DNA of 64,000 nt from an uncultured Pseudomonadota bacterium (GCA_963824565.1 CAWGQB010000026.1:21438-85437), one strand, 5' to 3'. Numbered from the stretch's first letter, positions 1-11,045 are shown. A program made the numbers and translations. The notes: a model not told the origin generated them from the letters alone.

Positions 1-2
1 CG

Positions 3-620
3 GTGCACTCCGAACTGGCGTCGGCCCGGCTGGTGGAGGATCTCAAGCGGCGCGAGTACCAAGTGTCGACAGTGCACAGCGCAGCCGCCGATCGGCGGGC
101 TTATCTGCTGCGTCCGGACCTGGGCCGCAGACTTGACGACTCGTCGCGCCGCAACCTGGCGGGCGCGGCCGGCAAATTCGACGTCGCTTTCGTTCTCGCA
201 GATGGTCTGTCAGCAGCGGCGATCCATCGGCATGCCGTCATGCTGCTCGAACTGCTGATTCCGCAGTTGACGCCACTTCAATGGATCATCGCGCCGATTG
301 TGGTGGCGCACCAAGCACGGGTCGCGATCGGTGATGAGATCGCGCAACTGCTCGGCGCACAGATGGTAACGGTGCTGATCGGAGAGCGGCCGGGCCTGAG
401 CGCGTCCGACAGCCTGGGCGCGTACGTCACCTGGCAGCCGCGTCCCGGCGTCACCGATGCCGGCCGCAACTGTATCTCGAACATCCGTCCGGAAGGACTC
501 GGTTACGAGGATGCCGCGCTCACACTGATTCACCTGATGAGCGAATCGCGCCGCCGTCAACTGACCGGTGTAGCGCTCAAGCCGGCGGGGGTGACAACAT
601 TTACGTCATCCGACGGCTGA
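3..620 (+). CDS. eutC: Ethanolamine ammonia-lyase small subunit EutC (5'-partial, runs off window start)
   Basis: ORF is open to the window edge. The translation carries EutC-type blocks (RRAYLLRPDLGRRL; IGERPGLSASDSLGAYVTW; RNCISNIRPEGL). Confidence 0.8.
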   Translation: MHSELASARLVEDLKRREYQVSTVHSAAADRRAYLLRPDLGRRLDDSSRRNLAGAAGKFDVAFVLADGLSAAAIHRHAVMLLELLIPQLTPLQWIIAPIVVAHQARVAIGDEIAQLLGAQMVTVLIGERPGLSASDSLGAYVTWQPRPGVTDAGRNCISNIRPEGLGYEDAALTLIHLMSESRRRQLTGVALKPAGVTTFTSSDG

Positions 621-724
621 CTGCGTTTGCGGACCGCGGCGGCGGCGTACTATAAGGCGAGCGGAAGGCATACGGGAACACCAACCTCCGGGTTTGAACC
701 CTGCAAGGATAAAGAGAGAACGCC

Positions 725-1189
725 ATGACCGACCAGGAAAAGCTGCAAGTTCTGCTCGACCGCGCGGAAATCAGCGAAGTCGTTTACAACTACGCGACCG
801 GAGTCGATTCCAAGGACGAGAAGCTTTTTCGCTCGATCTGGGCCGACGAGATTACCGTTGACGGCGTTGGCGGACCCTTTGGTCCGCAAAGCAAGCCCGC
901 AACTCTAAGCGCCGACAAATGGGCCAGCATCATCATCCGCCGCATCTCCAAATACGCCGTCACGCAGCACGTGCTGACCAACCCCAAGATCGAGGTCAAC
1001 GGCGATCAGGCCAAGTGCGTGGTGTATATGCAGGCGCGCCACTTCGTACAAGGATGGCAGCCGGGCCAGCCGATCTATGACATGGGCGGCTACTACACGC
1101 ATGACCTGGTGCGCACAGCGGCGCAGGGATGGCGAATTAAGAGCTACTGCCTGCACGTGCTGTGGCATATCAATCCGCCCGAGGCGTGA
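725..1189 (+). CDS. SnoaL-like / NTF2-fold protein
   Basis: Intact 154-aa ORF. The N-terminus (LLDRAEISEVVYNYATGVDSKDEKLF) is typical of SnoaL_4/NTF2-like proteins. Confidence 0.6.
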   Translation: MTDQEKLQVLLDRAEISEVVYNYATGVDSKDEKLFRSIWADEITVDGVGGPFGPQSKPATLSADKWASIIIRRISKYAVTQHVLTNPKIEVNGDQAKCVVYMQARHFVQGWQPGQPIYDMGGYYTHDLVRTAAQGWRIKSYCLHVLWHINPPEA

Positions 1190-1461
1190 TCGCCGTGACG
1201 CGTGGGTTCCAAGAGTTTGTTACGGAAACATCATATCGGAGCGCGCTGATCCCCTCTCCTTATCCTAGCAGGCTGTTGAGGAACCAAGATAACTCTGAGT
1301 TGAAATGATGCTCGCTCTCAACCTCTTCCGCTTTCGGCAGGGAAATCGGCGGAATCTGACCACAAACCTGACAATCACGCGATCTTGCTCGGCGTTAACC
1401 CTGCTGCCACCAATTGATTCCTCGGTCGTTGACTTGCGTGTCGAAGTCGAAACCTCATCAA

Positions 1462-3021
1462 TTAGCGAGCGCATTTGGCAATATCGATGAACGGCTTCCA
1501 TCTAGAGCCGGCGGGAGCCGGCTGGAGCTTGTACAGTGATCCCGCCGCGCCCGGATAGAACATATCGCCGCAGTAGTACGGCTGGACCATCGTACCAGAC
1601 GTCATTGCCGGCAACCGCGCCGACCGCGCGATCTCCTGACCCGTCGCTGCGTTCCGCCACACGACCTCGTCCTCCGTGTTGATACCCGGAATCTCGGCTC
1701 CGGGAATGTCCGAGCCTACGATGACGCGCTGCTCGGGCGGACCGATGAGCGCGATGAATTCGGTGGTCGTTTGCGCCGCCTTCCAGGCCGTCTGCAGTCC
1801 AGAGGAGCCGAGATGCACCGCTGCTATCTCGCCTGGCAGCGCGTCCATGGCGTAGATCAGGTTCGATTGCGGATCGACGGAGACCGTTGCCGCATTCCAA
1901 CTGACAGCCTGTGTGCCACCGGGAGCCTGCTTCGAGAATGCGGCCTTGACGAGGGGCGGGATGGGATCGCCGGCGAAGGCTTGGATCATGAATTGTTTCG
2001 AAGCATCGCCCTGTTTGATCGCGAAAATGCTCAACGGCGCGGATGCAGGGAGCCCGTTGGATTGGCCGACGACCCAGTCGTGCAGGACCACCAGCGCCCA
2101 CCCCGGGGTCTGGCCGGGGAGGAGCAGCGTACCCGGATTCCACGTGGAATCGAGGGTCAGGTGTCCCTTTTTGACTTCATAGCGGAGGCACGTGTCCACC
2201 ACGAAGAGATAGACGTATTCGTGACCATTGTGCTCGCCGACCGTCACGCGCCCGATAACGTCGGCCGGCAAGGTCGTCTGATCAATGACCTTCATCGTGC
2301 GTGGATCGATCGTGACCAGGACCGAGTTGGGGACGTCCGAGGGGTCCGGACAATCCGCGAGCGCATTCGGACCCTGAACGGTACAGCCCGCCTGACGATA
2401 GAATGCCTTGGCGACGATCGTGCCGTCGCTCGTCGCGTTGAATCCGTTGTACGTTGTGTCGGCTGGTGCCGCTTGGCCGGTTGGTAGTGCGAGCGTTGCG
2501 AGCACATGGCCCGTGGACGGGTCGATCTTCGAGAGGCGATACCCATAGATGACGTACAACTTGCCGTTGTCGAGAAGGGCTTGGGCGCCTGGATAGTCCC
2601 ACTCGCCGTTGTCCGCCGTATTGATCAGTTGATTGTACCAAATGGGGTGAAGGGTATCCGGATCAATCCGTGCGATGTAGGCGCCGATGGAAGAGGAATC
2701 GTTGCCTGAGCCTCCGCCGTACAGAAACATTTGGTAAGGACTCAAATAGGTAATGTTCCAGGCGGACGGGTAGATCTCATCCGACCCCACCGTAGTGACG
2801 GTGTTGTTTCCCGAGAACCGTCCCCCGAACATTGCCTGCGGAAAGAGATGCGAACGGCCGGAGTCATAGTGTTCGAACGCGGCGAGCGACGGATACCAGG
2901 GACGATTTCCGATTGTTTCCTGGCCATGCGCGAAGGTGGCTGTTACGAACGACACCAAAGTGATAACCGCCAACGCTATTCGATAGTTTTGTCGGTCTTT
3001 ACCGGATTCAATTGCTCCCAT
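1462..3021 (-). CDS. Secreted hypothetical protein, possibly beta-propeller
   Basis: Intact 519-aa ORF with a signal-like N-terminus (IALAVITLVSFVTATFAHG). Composition is beta-rich and I can name no catalytic motif. Confidence 0.45.
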   Translation of the reverse strand: MGAIESGKDRQNYRIALAVITLVSFVTATFAHGQETIGNRPWYPSLAAFEHYDSGRSHLFPQAMFGGRFSGNNTVTTVGSDEIYPSAWNITYLSPYQMFLYGGGSGNDSSSIGAYIARIDPDTLHPIWYNQLINTADNGEWDYPGAQALLDNGKLYVIYGYRLSKIDPSTGHVLATLALPTGQAAPADTTYNGFNATSDGTIVAKAFYRQAGCTVQGPNALADCPDPSDVPNSVLVTIDPRTMKVIDQTTLPADVIGRVTVGEHNGHEYVYLFVVDTCLRYEVKKGHLTLDSTWNPGTLLLPGQTPGWALVVLHDWVVGQSNGLPASAPLSIFAIKQGDASKQFMIQAFAGDPIPPLVKAAFSKQAPGGTQAVSWNAATVSVDPQSNLIYAMDALPGEIAAVHLGSSGLQTAWKAAQTTTEFIALIGPPEQRVIVGSDIPGAEIPGINTEDEVVWRNAATGQEIARSARLPAMTSGTMVQPYYCGDMFYPGAAGSLYKLQPAPAGSRWKPFIDIAKCAR

Positions 3022-3491
3022 CGTATCCTCGCAGCAATTCCTCGGAACGCATGCGCCAATGCCTTCAAGTCAACATTTTGTTTCTAACACAAGTCACGAT
3101 TATCAGCCTACACTTTGTCCTGGTTGTCCGAAGCTGACCTGTTGGCTCACTCACCCATCTCTCATCGCGCGACCAGCGCTTTGCTCAAAATGCCAGTCGT
3201 CAAATCCTGGGACACAACGAGCAGGTCAGCGATGGGCGCGGACCGACATGTCGCATAGGTCGTTCCTTCGGACGGCAGCTCTTTAATTTGCGAGCAGCAA
3301 GTCCGCTATTGCGACGACCGTTCGCGACCCTTCGCCCTGGTCCCGCCAATGGCTAACTGCCACCTGCCAGGTTCGCTAATCTTCCATGCAGGCGCGGGTC
3401 GCTGCTGGCGACGCGTCTTGAGTTGGGCCCATTCGTGTATTGGCTTTGAAGTCAGTGCGGGCCATACGCAATGTGGGTTACCTCTCCCTCA

Positions 3492-3515
3492 CCCTCCCCT
3501 TGGACAAGGGGAGGG
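3492..3515. repeat. Intergenic hairpin repeat (CCCTCCCC-N8-GGGGAGGG), member of the dispersed family
   Basis: ccctcccc ttggacaa ggggaggg read directly, preceded by cctctccctcac. It resembles the copies at 10.9, 40.9 and 48.7 kb. Confidence 0.7.
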
Positions 3516-3569
3516 AACAGAGTTATTTGCGCCGCATGGATCGATTTTCTTGCGCGCTTTGAGGCGTCT

Positions 3570-4734
3570 TCACCACTTGCCGAGAATAAGTCCGCTCATT
3601 CCGGCGCTGACTAAAATATGTTGGGCGCCTTGAACCTGGTTGATGGCGGTGCCGCGCAGTTGGCGTACCGCTTCGTTGATATGGTTAACGCCATGGATAT
3701 AGGCTTCTCCCAGCAACCCTCCATGGGTGTTGACGGGCAAGCTTCCGCCCAGTTCGATATTGCCCTGGAGCGATGAAATCCCTGGCCTCGCCGGGGCCGC
3801 AAAAGCCAAACTCTTCCAGATGCAGGAAGACGATGGGACTGAAGTGATCGTAAAGCATCGCCGCCTGGATGTCCTTGGGGCGCAGGCCCGAGTCAGCCCA
3901 TAGCTGGCGGCCGATTGCGCCGATTTCCGGCATGCCGGCGATATCTTCGTGGTAGTAATCCGATACGATGTCGCCCTCGAAAAGCATACTTTGCGCGGCG
4001 GCGACGATCCGGGCCGGCGGCTGGCGCAGGTCGCGCGCCCGTTCCCGGCTGGTTATGACCATCGCGACTCCGCCATCGCTTTCCTGACAGCAATCGAGCA
4101 GCCTTAGAACCGGCTCGACGATCCAGCGTGAATTCTGATGGTCTTCCAGAGTAATCGGCCGCTCGTAGAAATAGGCATTGGGATTATTCGCCGCATGCTT
4201 GCGGCACACTACTGAGTAACGGCCAAAATCCTCGTTGGTCACGCCATAGACATGCATATAGCGCTGAAAGTGCAATGACGCCCACTTGGCCGGAGTATCA
4301 AGCCCGAATGGTGTATACCATCGCCACCAGGCGCTGCCGTTCGGCGATGACTGACCGGGCGCCATCGGCTGGCCAAAGCGCCGCCCCGAGCGTTCATTGA
4401 AGGCGCGATAGATCAGCACCACGTTGGCCGCGCCGGAAGTCACCGCCGACGCCGCATGCAAGACCACGGCGCACGTGGCCGCTCCACCATAAGGCGCGCG
4501 GGAATAGAATCTCAGCTCCGGGATTCCGAGGTTGCGGATCAGCTCGATTTCCCCCGTACTGTCGAGCGTGTAGGTAACCATGCCATCGACATCGGCGGGC
4601 GTTAGTCCGGCGTCGGCCAACGCCGCGAGCGACGCTTCAACGGCAAGCTGCAGCTCGCTGCGGCCCGAGTTCTTTGAGAATTCCGTCTGACCGATTCCGG
4701 CGATAACCGCCCGATCGCTCAATGAAGCCGCCAT
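3570..4734 (-). pseudogene. SCP-x/lipid-transfer-type thiolase (DUF35-partnered), one frameshift near 3795
   Basis: ORF 3685..4734 has a thiolase-like body. The canonical C-terminus (NTHGGLLGEAYIHGVNHINEAVRQLRG) lies in ORF 3570..3809 in another frame. It sits immediately downstream of the DUF35 gene, as is usual for this pair. Confidence 0.8.
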
Positions 4735-4746
4735 GCGTGTCTCCCT

Positions 4747-5142
4747 TTATCTGGCCGGCCGAAACTGATGCAGACGCACGCCGCCGTCGACATCGACAAA
4801 GCAAACTTCAACTGCCATTCCATTGCGGACCGCTTCCGGTTTCGTCTCGCACAGATTGGACACGAGGCGAACCCCCTCTTCCAGTTCAACCAGGATCACG
4901 ATCGGTGGCTGCTGGCCAGGTTCCGGCGGCGGATGGCGGGGAATGACCCAACTGTAGACGATGCCGCGCCCGCCCGCTCGCTCGGTTCGCCATTGCAGAG
5001 AATGGCAGGAAGGACACATTGGGCACGGCGGCATCCGCAGCCGTGCACAACTCGCGCAGCGTTGCAGCCGCAATTCGCCGGCGGCGACTCCCTCCCAGAA
5101 GAAGCGATCGTCGGGGCCGACTGTGGGAGCGATCCGTTTCAT
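4747..5142 (-). CDS. DUF35 Zn-ribbon/OB-fold protein (thiolase partner)
   Basis: FFWEG...LRLQRCASC...CPSC followed by an OB-fold-like tail. The ATG at 5142 is preceded by AAGGAG. The longer annotated ORF start at 5181 is less likely. Confidence 0.8.
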   Translation of the reverse strand: MKRIAPTVGPDDRFFWEGVAAGELRLQRCASCARLRMPPCPMCPSCHSLQWRTERAGGRGIVYSWVIPRHPPPEPGQQPPIVILVELEEGVRLVSNLCETKPEAVRNGMAVEVCFVDVDGGVRLHQFRPAR

Positions 5143-5146
5143 CGCG

Positions 5147-6441
5147 TCAGGCTCCTTTTGCTCGCGGGGTTGCGGCTGCAACTGTTTGCGCCGGTTTGCT
5201 GCGCTCGCGTTTGATCCCGGCCCCCGCGTTGGGATCGGCCGCGTCGAGCACGACTTTGCCGTTGCAAAGATCGTCGATCTCGCTGCGCGAGTAGCCTAAG
5301 TCGGCCAGAATCTCCTGGGTGTGTTGACCGCAAAGCGGCGCCGGACCCCAAATCCTACCCGGCGTCTCGGAGAAATCGAATCCCAGGCCATGCTCCTCGA
5401 GCCTGCCTGTTTGAGCCCGCTGATAAGCGGTGATCCATTGCTTGCCGATGATCTCCGGATCGTCGAACAGCTTCTGGGAGAAGGTCGGCGACGATATTTC
5501 GCAAGGCACGCCGGCGCCATCCAACAGGTCGAACCATTCGCGGGCCGATCGGGTGGAAAAAATCGTTTCCAGGATCGATACCAACTCCGCGTCATGCTCG
5601 CGCCGCGCATCTGCGGTTGCAAAGCGCGGATCGTCGGCCAACCCGGCGCGGCCAACGACGGCACATAGTTGACGCCAATGTTCCTGATCGAGTCGCCGCC
5701 ACGCACAACCATCCGTCTGCCGTTTGGTACAGCCGATAGAGCGCACCCAGCCCCATCTGCATCGCGTCCAGGCGCGGACGCGACGGCTCCTCTGCCATCG
5801 GCGGTAATATAGGCGTTGGACGCGGTGAGCAATGTGGCGTTGATGATCGCCGCGTCGACCTTTTGGCCCTGCCCGGTGCGTTCACGATGGTAAAGGGCCA
5901 TCACGATGGCAATCGCGGAGAGGAATCCGTTGCCGGTGTCGCCCAGCGAGGTCGGACTCCAAAACGGCGTGCCGCCATTCCAGCAACCGCCGTCTTCCCA
6001 TTCGACGCCCGCCAGCGCGGCGCCGCTCTGGTCGGTTCCGGGCAGGTGCAGGCGGGGCCCGTGCTCGAAGCCGCGGGTGTGGCAGTAGATGATGCGCGGA
6101 TTGATCGCGCGCAGCGTTTCGTAATCGACGCCGATCCGCTCCGGCGCTCCGTAGCGCATGTTGTGCGCGACCACGTCGGCGCGCGCGACCAGCTTGTAGA
6201 CAATGTCGCGCCCGCGCGGATTCTTCAGGTCGATCGCGATGCTGCGCTTGCCGCGGTTGACCGCGATCGCCATATGGTTGGCGAACCAATAGCCGTCGTA
6301 AAGCGCGTTGACCTTGATTACCGACGCGCCCAGATCCGCCAGCATCTTGGGTCCGAAGGGTCCGGCCACCGCGAGGCCAAGATCGAGCACCGTAATTCCT
6401 TCCAATGGCGAACCCAGCGAACGGCCGGAACCGCCGGCCAT
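5147..6441 (-). pseudogene. Family III CoA-transferase (CaiB/BaiF type) copy 2, at least 2 frameshifts (about 5790 and 5700)
   Basis: N-terminus LEGITVLDLGLAVAGPFGPKMLADLGASVIKV. The middle (YRLYQTADGWLCVAA) and C-terminus (GLGFDFSETPGRIWGPAPLCGQHTQEIL) lie in two other frames (ORFs 5592..5885 and 5147..5746). Confidence 0.8.
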
Positions 6442-6451
6442 CCGTCCGTTA

Positions 6452-7683
6452 TCACGCGCCGGCGCCATCGCCGCGGCGCGGACTTCGTCGTTGTGCTGGC
6501 CGGCGCGCGGTGCAGGTCCCTGGATCCGATCGGGGCATGCTTCGAGGCGGAGAACCGAACCAACGTGGCGGATCCGTCCAAGTTCGGGATCGTCGACTTC
6601 AGCCACGCAGCCGTCGCCAGAAGATTCGGATCCTTCAACGCCTCTTCGGGGGTGCGGACCGGTTGCAGGCCGACGTCGAGCCGCGCCCCGAAGCGGGTCC
6701 ATTCTTCGGGGGTGAATTTCTTGAACGCCTCGGCCATCAGCGGATGGTAGTAAAAGAGCAGGGCGAGTTCGTCGGGATCCATTCCGATGCGCGCCGGATG
6801 ATCCTTGTTGCGCGCGATCTCGGTCACTTCGTCCAGAGTGTCGGCCTTGGCGGCTTCGACCACCGCAAATGGATTGATCGGCCACTGATGCACCCAGCGC
6901 CCGCCGCGGCATTCCATCAGGCCTTTGGGTGAACGCCGATCCAACACCCAGGTGCGGTAGGCGGGCGCATCGATATTCTCGACCCGCGCCCACGCCGCCA
7001 CGCAGGAGGAAATCACGCCTTGAAGCAGGGAGGTCTCCACCCATTGGCCGCGGCCGGTTATTTCCCGCGCCCGCAGCGCGCCGCAGATCGCCAACGTCGC
7101 CAGGTAGAACGCGTTCAGGCTGGGCCACGCGGAATGGACGAACAGCGGACCTTCCCGCGCCGCCCCCTGCGCGCAACCGTCGGGCGGCGTCAGTTCGGGG
7201 TTGGGGCCGTCGCTGCCCAGGATGTGATCCATCGGACTGCCGGTCCACGCGCGCTGCTCCCATTGCAGTCCGGTGCGTGCGGCGACCAGCGCGTCGAACC
7301 CGGGCCGATCGGCGTGGCGATTGTCACGGCCATAGCCGGTGATCGAGCAGTAAATCAGGCGCGGGTTGCAGCGCATGAAGAGTATCGAAGTCGATGCCCA
7401 GGCGTTTGGTGACTCCGGGACTGAAACTTTCGATAAGTACATCGGAGGCCGCGGCCAGGTTATGGAAAAGGCGGCGATCAGCCTCGCGCTTGAGGTCGAG
7501 AATCGCGCTGCGCTTACCGCGGTTCCATACCCGGTATCCCGAATTTTGCTGAAACAGATTGCCGCCCGGCGGCTCGATTCTGGTGACTTCGGCGCCGTGG
7601 TCGCAAAGCAGCATCCCGGCCATCGGTCCGGCGATGCCCCATGAGAGATCGAGGACCTTCAATCCGTCAAGTACACCGGCCAT
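6452..7683 (-). pseudogene. Family III CoA-transferase copy 1, at least 2 frameshifts (about 7370 and 6620); 3' end uncertain
   Basis: N-terminus LDGLKVLDLSWGIAGPMAGMLLCDHGAEVTRIE (ORF 7324..7683), body in ORF 6318..7442, C-terminus (DPELGRIRHVGSVLRLEA...APRAGQHNDEV) in ORF 5296..7263. A latent TGATAA at 6449-6454 in a neighbouring frame suggests the original stop. Confidence 0.75.
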
Positions 7684-7717
7684 AACACCGCCTCCAGGCT
7701 AGGGTTTAGCGAGCGGT

Positions 7718-8779
7718 TTACAGACCATAGATTCGAGCGGCATTGCCGCATACCAGTTTCTGTCTCTCGTCAGCCGGAACTCCCTGGAACTGCCGATCGA
7801 TGATCTCGCGCGAATTGGGCCACGAAGTTGCGGGATGCGGATAATCGGTCGACCACATGACGTTGTCCAGACCGATCTCATGGCGCATCGCAACGCCCCG
7901 TGGGTCATCGACGAAGGTCAGCGAAAAGTTGCGATGGAAATAGAAGCTCGGCAGTTCTTTGAGTCCCGGAAAGTCATAGGGCCCCTTGGCGAAGCTATCG
8001 AGCACGTCGATCTGGAAGGGAATCCAGGCAAGTCCGGGCTCCACCAGCACGATGCGCAGGCCCGGAAAGCGCTCCAGGGTTCCGGTCAGCAGCCAGAAGC
8101 CCATGGTTTCGGCCAGCATCGTGCACGGCAGCGAGTTGTGAATCCCCTTTTGCGGCGTCGGATCGCGGCGGAAGATCTCGCCCAGGGTCGATTTGACTTC
8201 GAGATGATGGCTGATCGGGATGCCGGTTTCCTGCAGGACCGACCAAATCGGATCGTAGCGCGGATCATGATAGTCGGGCAGGCCCAGGTCGGCGGGAAAG
8301 GCCGGCAGTTGCACCGAGCGCGCGCCCTGGCGGGCCAGGCGCTCGACTTCGGAGACCGCATAGTCCACGTCGATTAGCGGAATCTGATAGGAGACCAGCA
8401 AGCGCTTGGGGCTCGCCGAGGCAAACTCCACCAGCGTGTCATTGAACGCTCCGAACGCCTCGCGCCAGCAGTTTTTCATCTGATGGTAGATGCGAAAGGC
8501 GCCGACCTCGCAATAGAGCACCTCGGCGTCGACGCCGTCGCGATCCATGTCCTTGAGCCGTTCATTGGGATCGTGATGGCCGGGGCGGCCCCACGCCTCG
8601 TGGGTGAACTTGCGCGCCAGCGCCATGCGCTCCTTGCCGAACTTCTCCGCTATCGCGCGCTGTTCGGCGGCTATGGCCGCGTCGTACTCTTCGTGAAATT
8701 TCTTCGCCAGATGCTGCTTGACTTGGTCGTGGGTGGTGGCGACGTGGGAATCCGAAGAAACCAATCGTTCGCTGGACAT
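7718..8779 (-). CDS. Amidohydrolase-2 (ACMSD-like metal-dependent hydrolase/decarboxylase) family protein
   Basis: C-terminal WSTDYPHP...NAARIYGL motif. The likely start is ATG 8779 (MSSERLVSSDSHV), preceded by GGAGGG. The ORF-track start at 8887 would overlap the TetR gene. Confidence 0.75.
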   Translation of the reverse strand: MSSERLVSSDSHVATTHDQVKQHLAKKFHEEYDAAIAAEQRAIAEKFGKERMALARKFTHEAWGRPGHHDPNERLKDMDRDGVDAEVLYCEVGAFRIYHQMKNCWREAFGAFNDTLVEFASASPKRLLVSYQIPLIDVDYAVSEVERLARQGARSVQLPAFPADLGLPDYHDPRYDPIWSVLQETGIPISHHLEVKSTLGEIFRRDPTPQKGIHNSLPCTMLAETMGFWLLTGTLERFPGLRIVLVEPGLAWIPFQIDVLDSFAKGPYDFPGLKELPSFYFHRNFSLTFVDDPRGVAMRHEIGLDNVMWSTDYPHPATSWPNSREIIDRQFQGVPADERQKLVCGNAARIYGL

Positions 8780-8819
8780 CGAAGTATATCCCTCCCTAAA
8801 AATCGGCGGCATCCGCCGT

Positions 8820-9488
8820 TTACCCTTGCTTAACGAACGCGCGGTCGAGCAGTGCGCGAAGCTGGTCAACCGGCGCAATGCGCTCAATCTTCACGTTGCC
8901 CTTGCTTGCGACCTCGTAAATCCAGTGGGAGATGTAGGCCGTCGCGATGCCGCTAAAGATGGCGCTTTGCACCACCGGATCGCCGTCGAGCAACTCGCCG
9001 TTAGCGATCCCGTCGCGGAACACCTTGGTCATTATTTCCAGCGCTTCGCGGTACCAGATCGAACTTTGTTCCGCACTGGTGAATTGCAGGGCCCAGGAGC
9101 GGCTGCGCACCAACCGGTCGAAGAGTTTGTAGAAGTTGGGGTGGCCGCGGAAGTATTCGAATTGCACCTCGAACAGCCGATGTAGCTTCTCACGCGAGGG
9201 CGCCGGTTCCCACGCCACCTCGCGCATCAAACCCAGGAATCCGCGGGCATGGCGTTCGAACACCGCCGCCAGCAGTTCGTCCTTACCGTCGAAGAAACCA
9301 TAGACGGCGCCGACCGAGAAATCCGCCAGTTCGGCGATCTCCTTAATGGTGGCGTTGAGCCCCTTGTCGGCGAACACCTGTTCGGCCGCGTCCAGGATAT
9401 GGGTGCGGGAGATTTCATTTTGCTGCTCGCGGCGAATCAGCCGGAGCCCGCCCCTGGCGGCCTTGGCGCGGTTGATGGTGCGTTTCAC
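8820..9488 (-). CDS. TetR/AcrR family transcriptional regulator
   Basis: TetR-type HTH: ILDAAEQVFADKGLNATIKEIAELADFSVGAVYGFF. Confidence 0.85.
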   Translation of the reverse strand: MKRTINRAKAARGGLRLIRREQQNEISRTHILDAAEQVFADKGLNATIKEIAELADFSVGAVYGFFDGKDELLAAVFERHARGFLGLMREVAWEPAPSREKLHRLFEVQFEYFRGHPNFYKLFDRLVRSRSWALQFTSAEQSSIWYREALEIMTKVFRDGIANGELLDGDPVVQSAIFSGIATAYISHWIYEVASKGNVKIERIAPVDQLRALLDRAFVKQG

Positions 9489-9639
9489 GAACCACCAATT
9501 AGCAAAATGAACGGAGATTCACAAGCGCGAACGCGTTGTCAGTTAATGCGCGCAGGTCAACCATTGGCGATCGCTGGTACCCTCTCAATCTCCGCATTGA
9601 TATTCTGACTCGCATCCCAACCGAGGTTGGAGGCCGCCG

Positions 9640-10803
9640 ATGCAAACGAGCCCTTTTATTGTCGAGATACCGCAGGCTGCCCTTGATGACCTGGGCGAGC
9701 GCCTGGTCCGCACGCGATGGCCGAGCGATTACGCCAACGACGATTGGAGCTACGGCGCCAACCTCGCTTATCTCAAGGAGCTCGTCGAATATTGGAGTGG
9801 CGGTTACGATTGGCGCCGCCATGAAGCGGAAATGAACCGCTTTGCTCATTATCGAATCACGATCGACGGCATCCCGATTCATTTCATCCACGAAAAGGGC
9901 AAGGGACCCAAGCCAATCCCCCTAATCCTGAGTCATGGTTGGCCATGGACCTTCTGGGACATGCACAAGATTATCCGCCTGCTCGCCGATCCCGGCGCCC
10001 ATGGAGGTGACCCGCGGGACGCCTTTGACGTGGTCGTGCCATCACTGCCAGGTTTTGTTTTCTCGACGCCCCTGACCAAGCCGGGGGTAAACGCCGTCAC
10101 CACGGCGGACTTGTGGCAAGTGCTGATGAATGACGTTCTCGGCTACGAGAAGTTCGGCGCGCACGGCGGCGATTGGGGCGCTATGGTCACCGCGCAGCTT
10201 GGCCACAAGTATGCTGACCGTATGATCGGTATCCATATGCAGAACGGAGCCCCGCTCGATATGTTTACTTCCGGCCTTCCCGCAGCATCTGAGTATGCAT
10301 CCGACGAAGCCGGCTGGTACGAAAAGACCGTCGACTTTTTCGCCAACAAGGCCGTGCATGTCGCCGTTCAGAGCGCGGAACCTCAGACCATGAGTTACGG
10401 GTTCAACGATTCCCCGGTTGGACTGTGCGCCTGGCTGGTGGAGAAGCGGCGCAACTGGAGCGATTGTGGTGGCGATGTGGAGCGGCGCTTCAGCAAGGAC
10501 GAACTGCTCACCTCCGTGATGCTCTACTGGCTGACGGAAAGCTATGGCACTTCGGCCCGTTATTACGCCGAGGCCCGGCGGCATCCGTGGCGGCCAAGCC
10601 ATCACGGCGATCCTGTGGTTAGCGCGCCCACCGGCATCGCCTTGTTCGAGGGCGATCTTTGCCATTGGCCACGGCGCTCGCTGGAGCGCCATTTTAACCT
10701 CAAACGCTATACGCGCTTTCTCAACGGCGGCCATTTCGGCCCGATGGAGGAACCGGAGCGCATCGTGGATGAACTCCGCGCGTTCTTCCGCCTCCTGCGC
10801 TGA
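9640..10803 (+). CDS. Epoxide hydrolase (EH N-terminal domain + alpha/beta hydrolase)
   Basis: FIVEIPQAALDDLGERLVRTRWP...HGWPWTFWD, typical of microsomal-type epoxide hydrolases. Intact 387 aa. Confidence 0.8.
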   Translation: MQTSPFIVEIPQAALDDLGERLVRTRWPSDYANDDWSYGANLAYLKELVEYWSGGYDWRRHEAEMNRFAHYRITIDGIPIHFIHEKGKGPKPIPLILSHGWPWTFWDMHKIIRLLADPGAHGGDPRDAFDVVVPSLPGFVFSTPLTKPGVNAVTTADLWQVLMNDVLGYEKFGAHGGDWGAMVTAQLGHKYADRMIGIHMQNGAPLDMFTSGLPAASEYASDEAGWYEKTVDFFANKAVHVAVQSAEPQTMSYGFNDSPVGLCAWLVEKRRNWSDCGGDVERRFSKDELLTSVMLYWLTESYGTSARYYAEARRHPWRPSHHGDPVVSAPTGIALFEGDLCHWPRRSLERHFNLKRYTRFLNGGHFGPMEEPERIVDELRAFFRLLR

Positions 10804-10863
10804 GGACATCGCATCGTCAAAAGAATAAGATCAAAACGAAATAGTATTCGCCATGAGAGCAGA

Positions 10864-10978
10864 AAACCCTCACCCTACCCTCTCCCTTGGAGTAAAGGGA
10901 GAGGATATCAAACACTCCTCGCAGCACTTTCTGTGCCCTCTCCCTTTATTTGTAAGGGAGAGGGTAGGGTGAGGGTTT
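10864..10978. repeat. Composite palindromic element: two inverted copies of the hairpin repeat
   Basis: A perfect 25-bp inverted repeat (10864..10888 vs 10954..10978: aaaccctcaccctaccctctccctt / aagggagagggtagggtgagggttt). Each arm also forms its own local hairpin (cctctccc-N10-gggagagg; ccctctccc-N11-gggagaggg). Confidence 0.85.
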
Positions 10979-11045
10979 CCTGATATGCGCTCACCAAGTT
11001 GGCTTCAGAGTCAGCGACTTATGAATCGAAAAAGGAGGCCCTCCG

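Noticed and set aside
3349-3633. 94-aa ORF in the 550-bp gap between the beta-propeller-like gene and the thiolase gene. Similar cases are 48685..48909 and 40823..41129.
   Set aside because: The reading frames are driven by the hairpin repeat (…PLPHPPLGQGEGT…). They have no RBS or start context and no protein-like composition.
8780-8887. Upstream extension of the amidohydrolase ORF, overlapping the TetR gene by about 70 nt
   Set aside because: The internal ATG at 8779 has a GGAGGG Shine-Dalgarno sequence and removes the overlap. The extension has no homology-like content.
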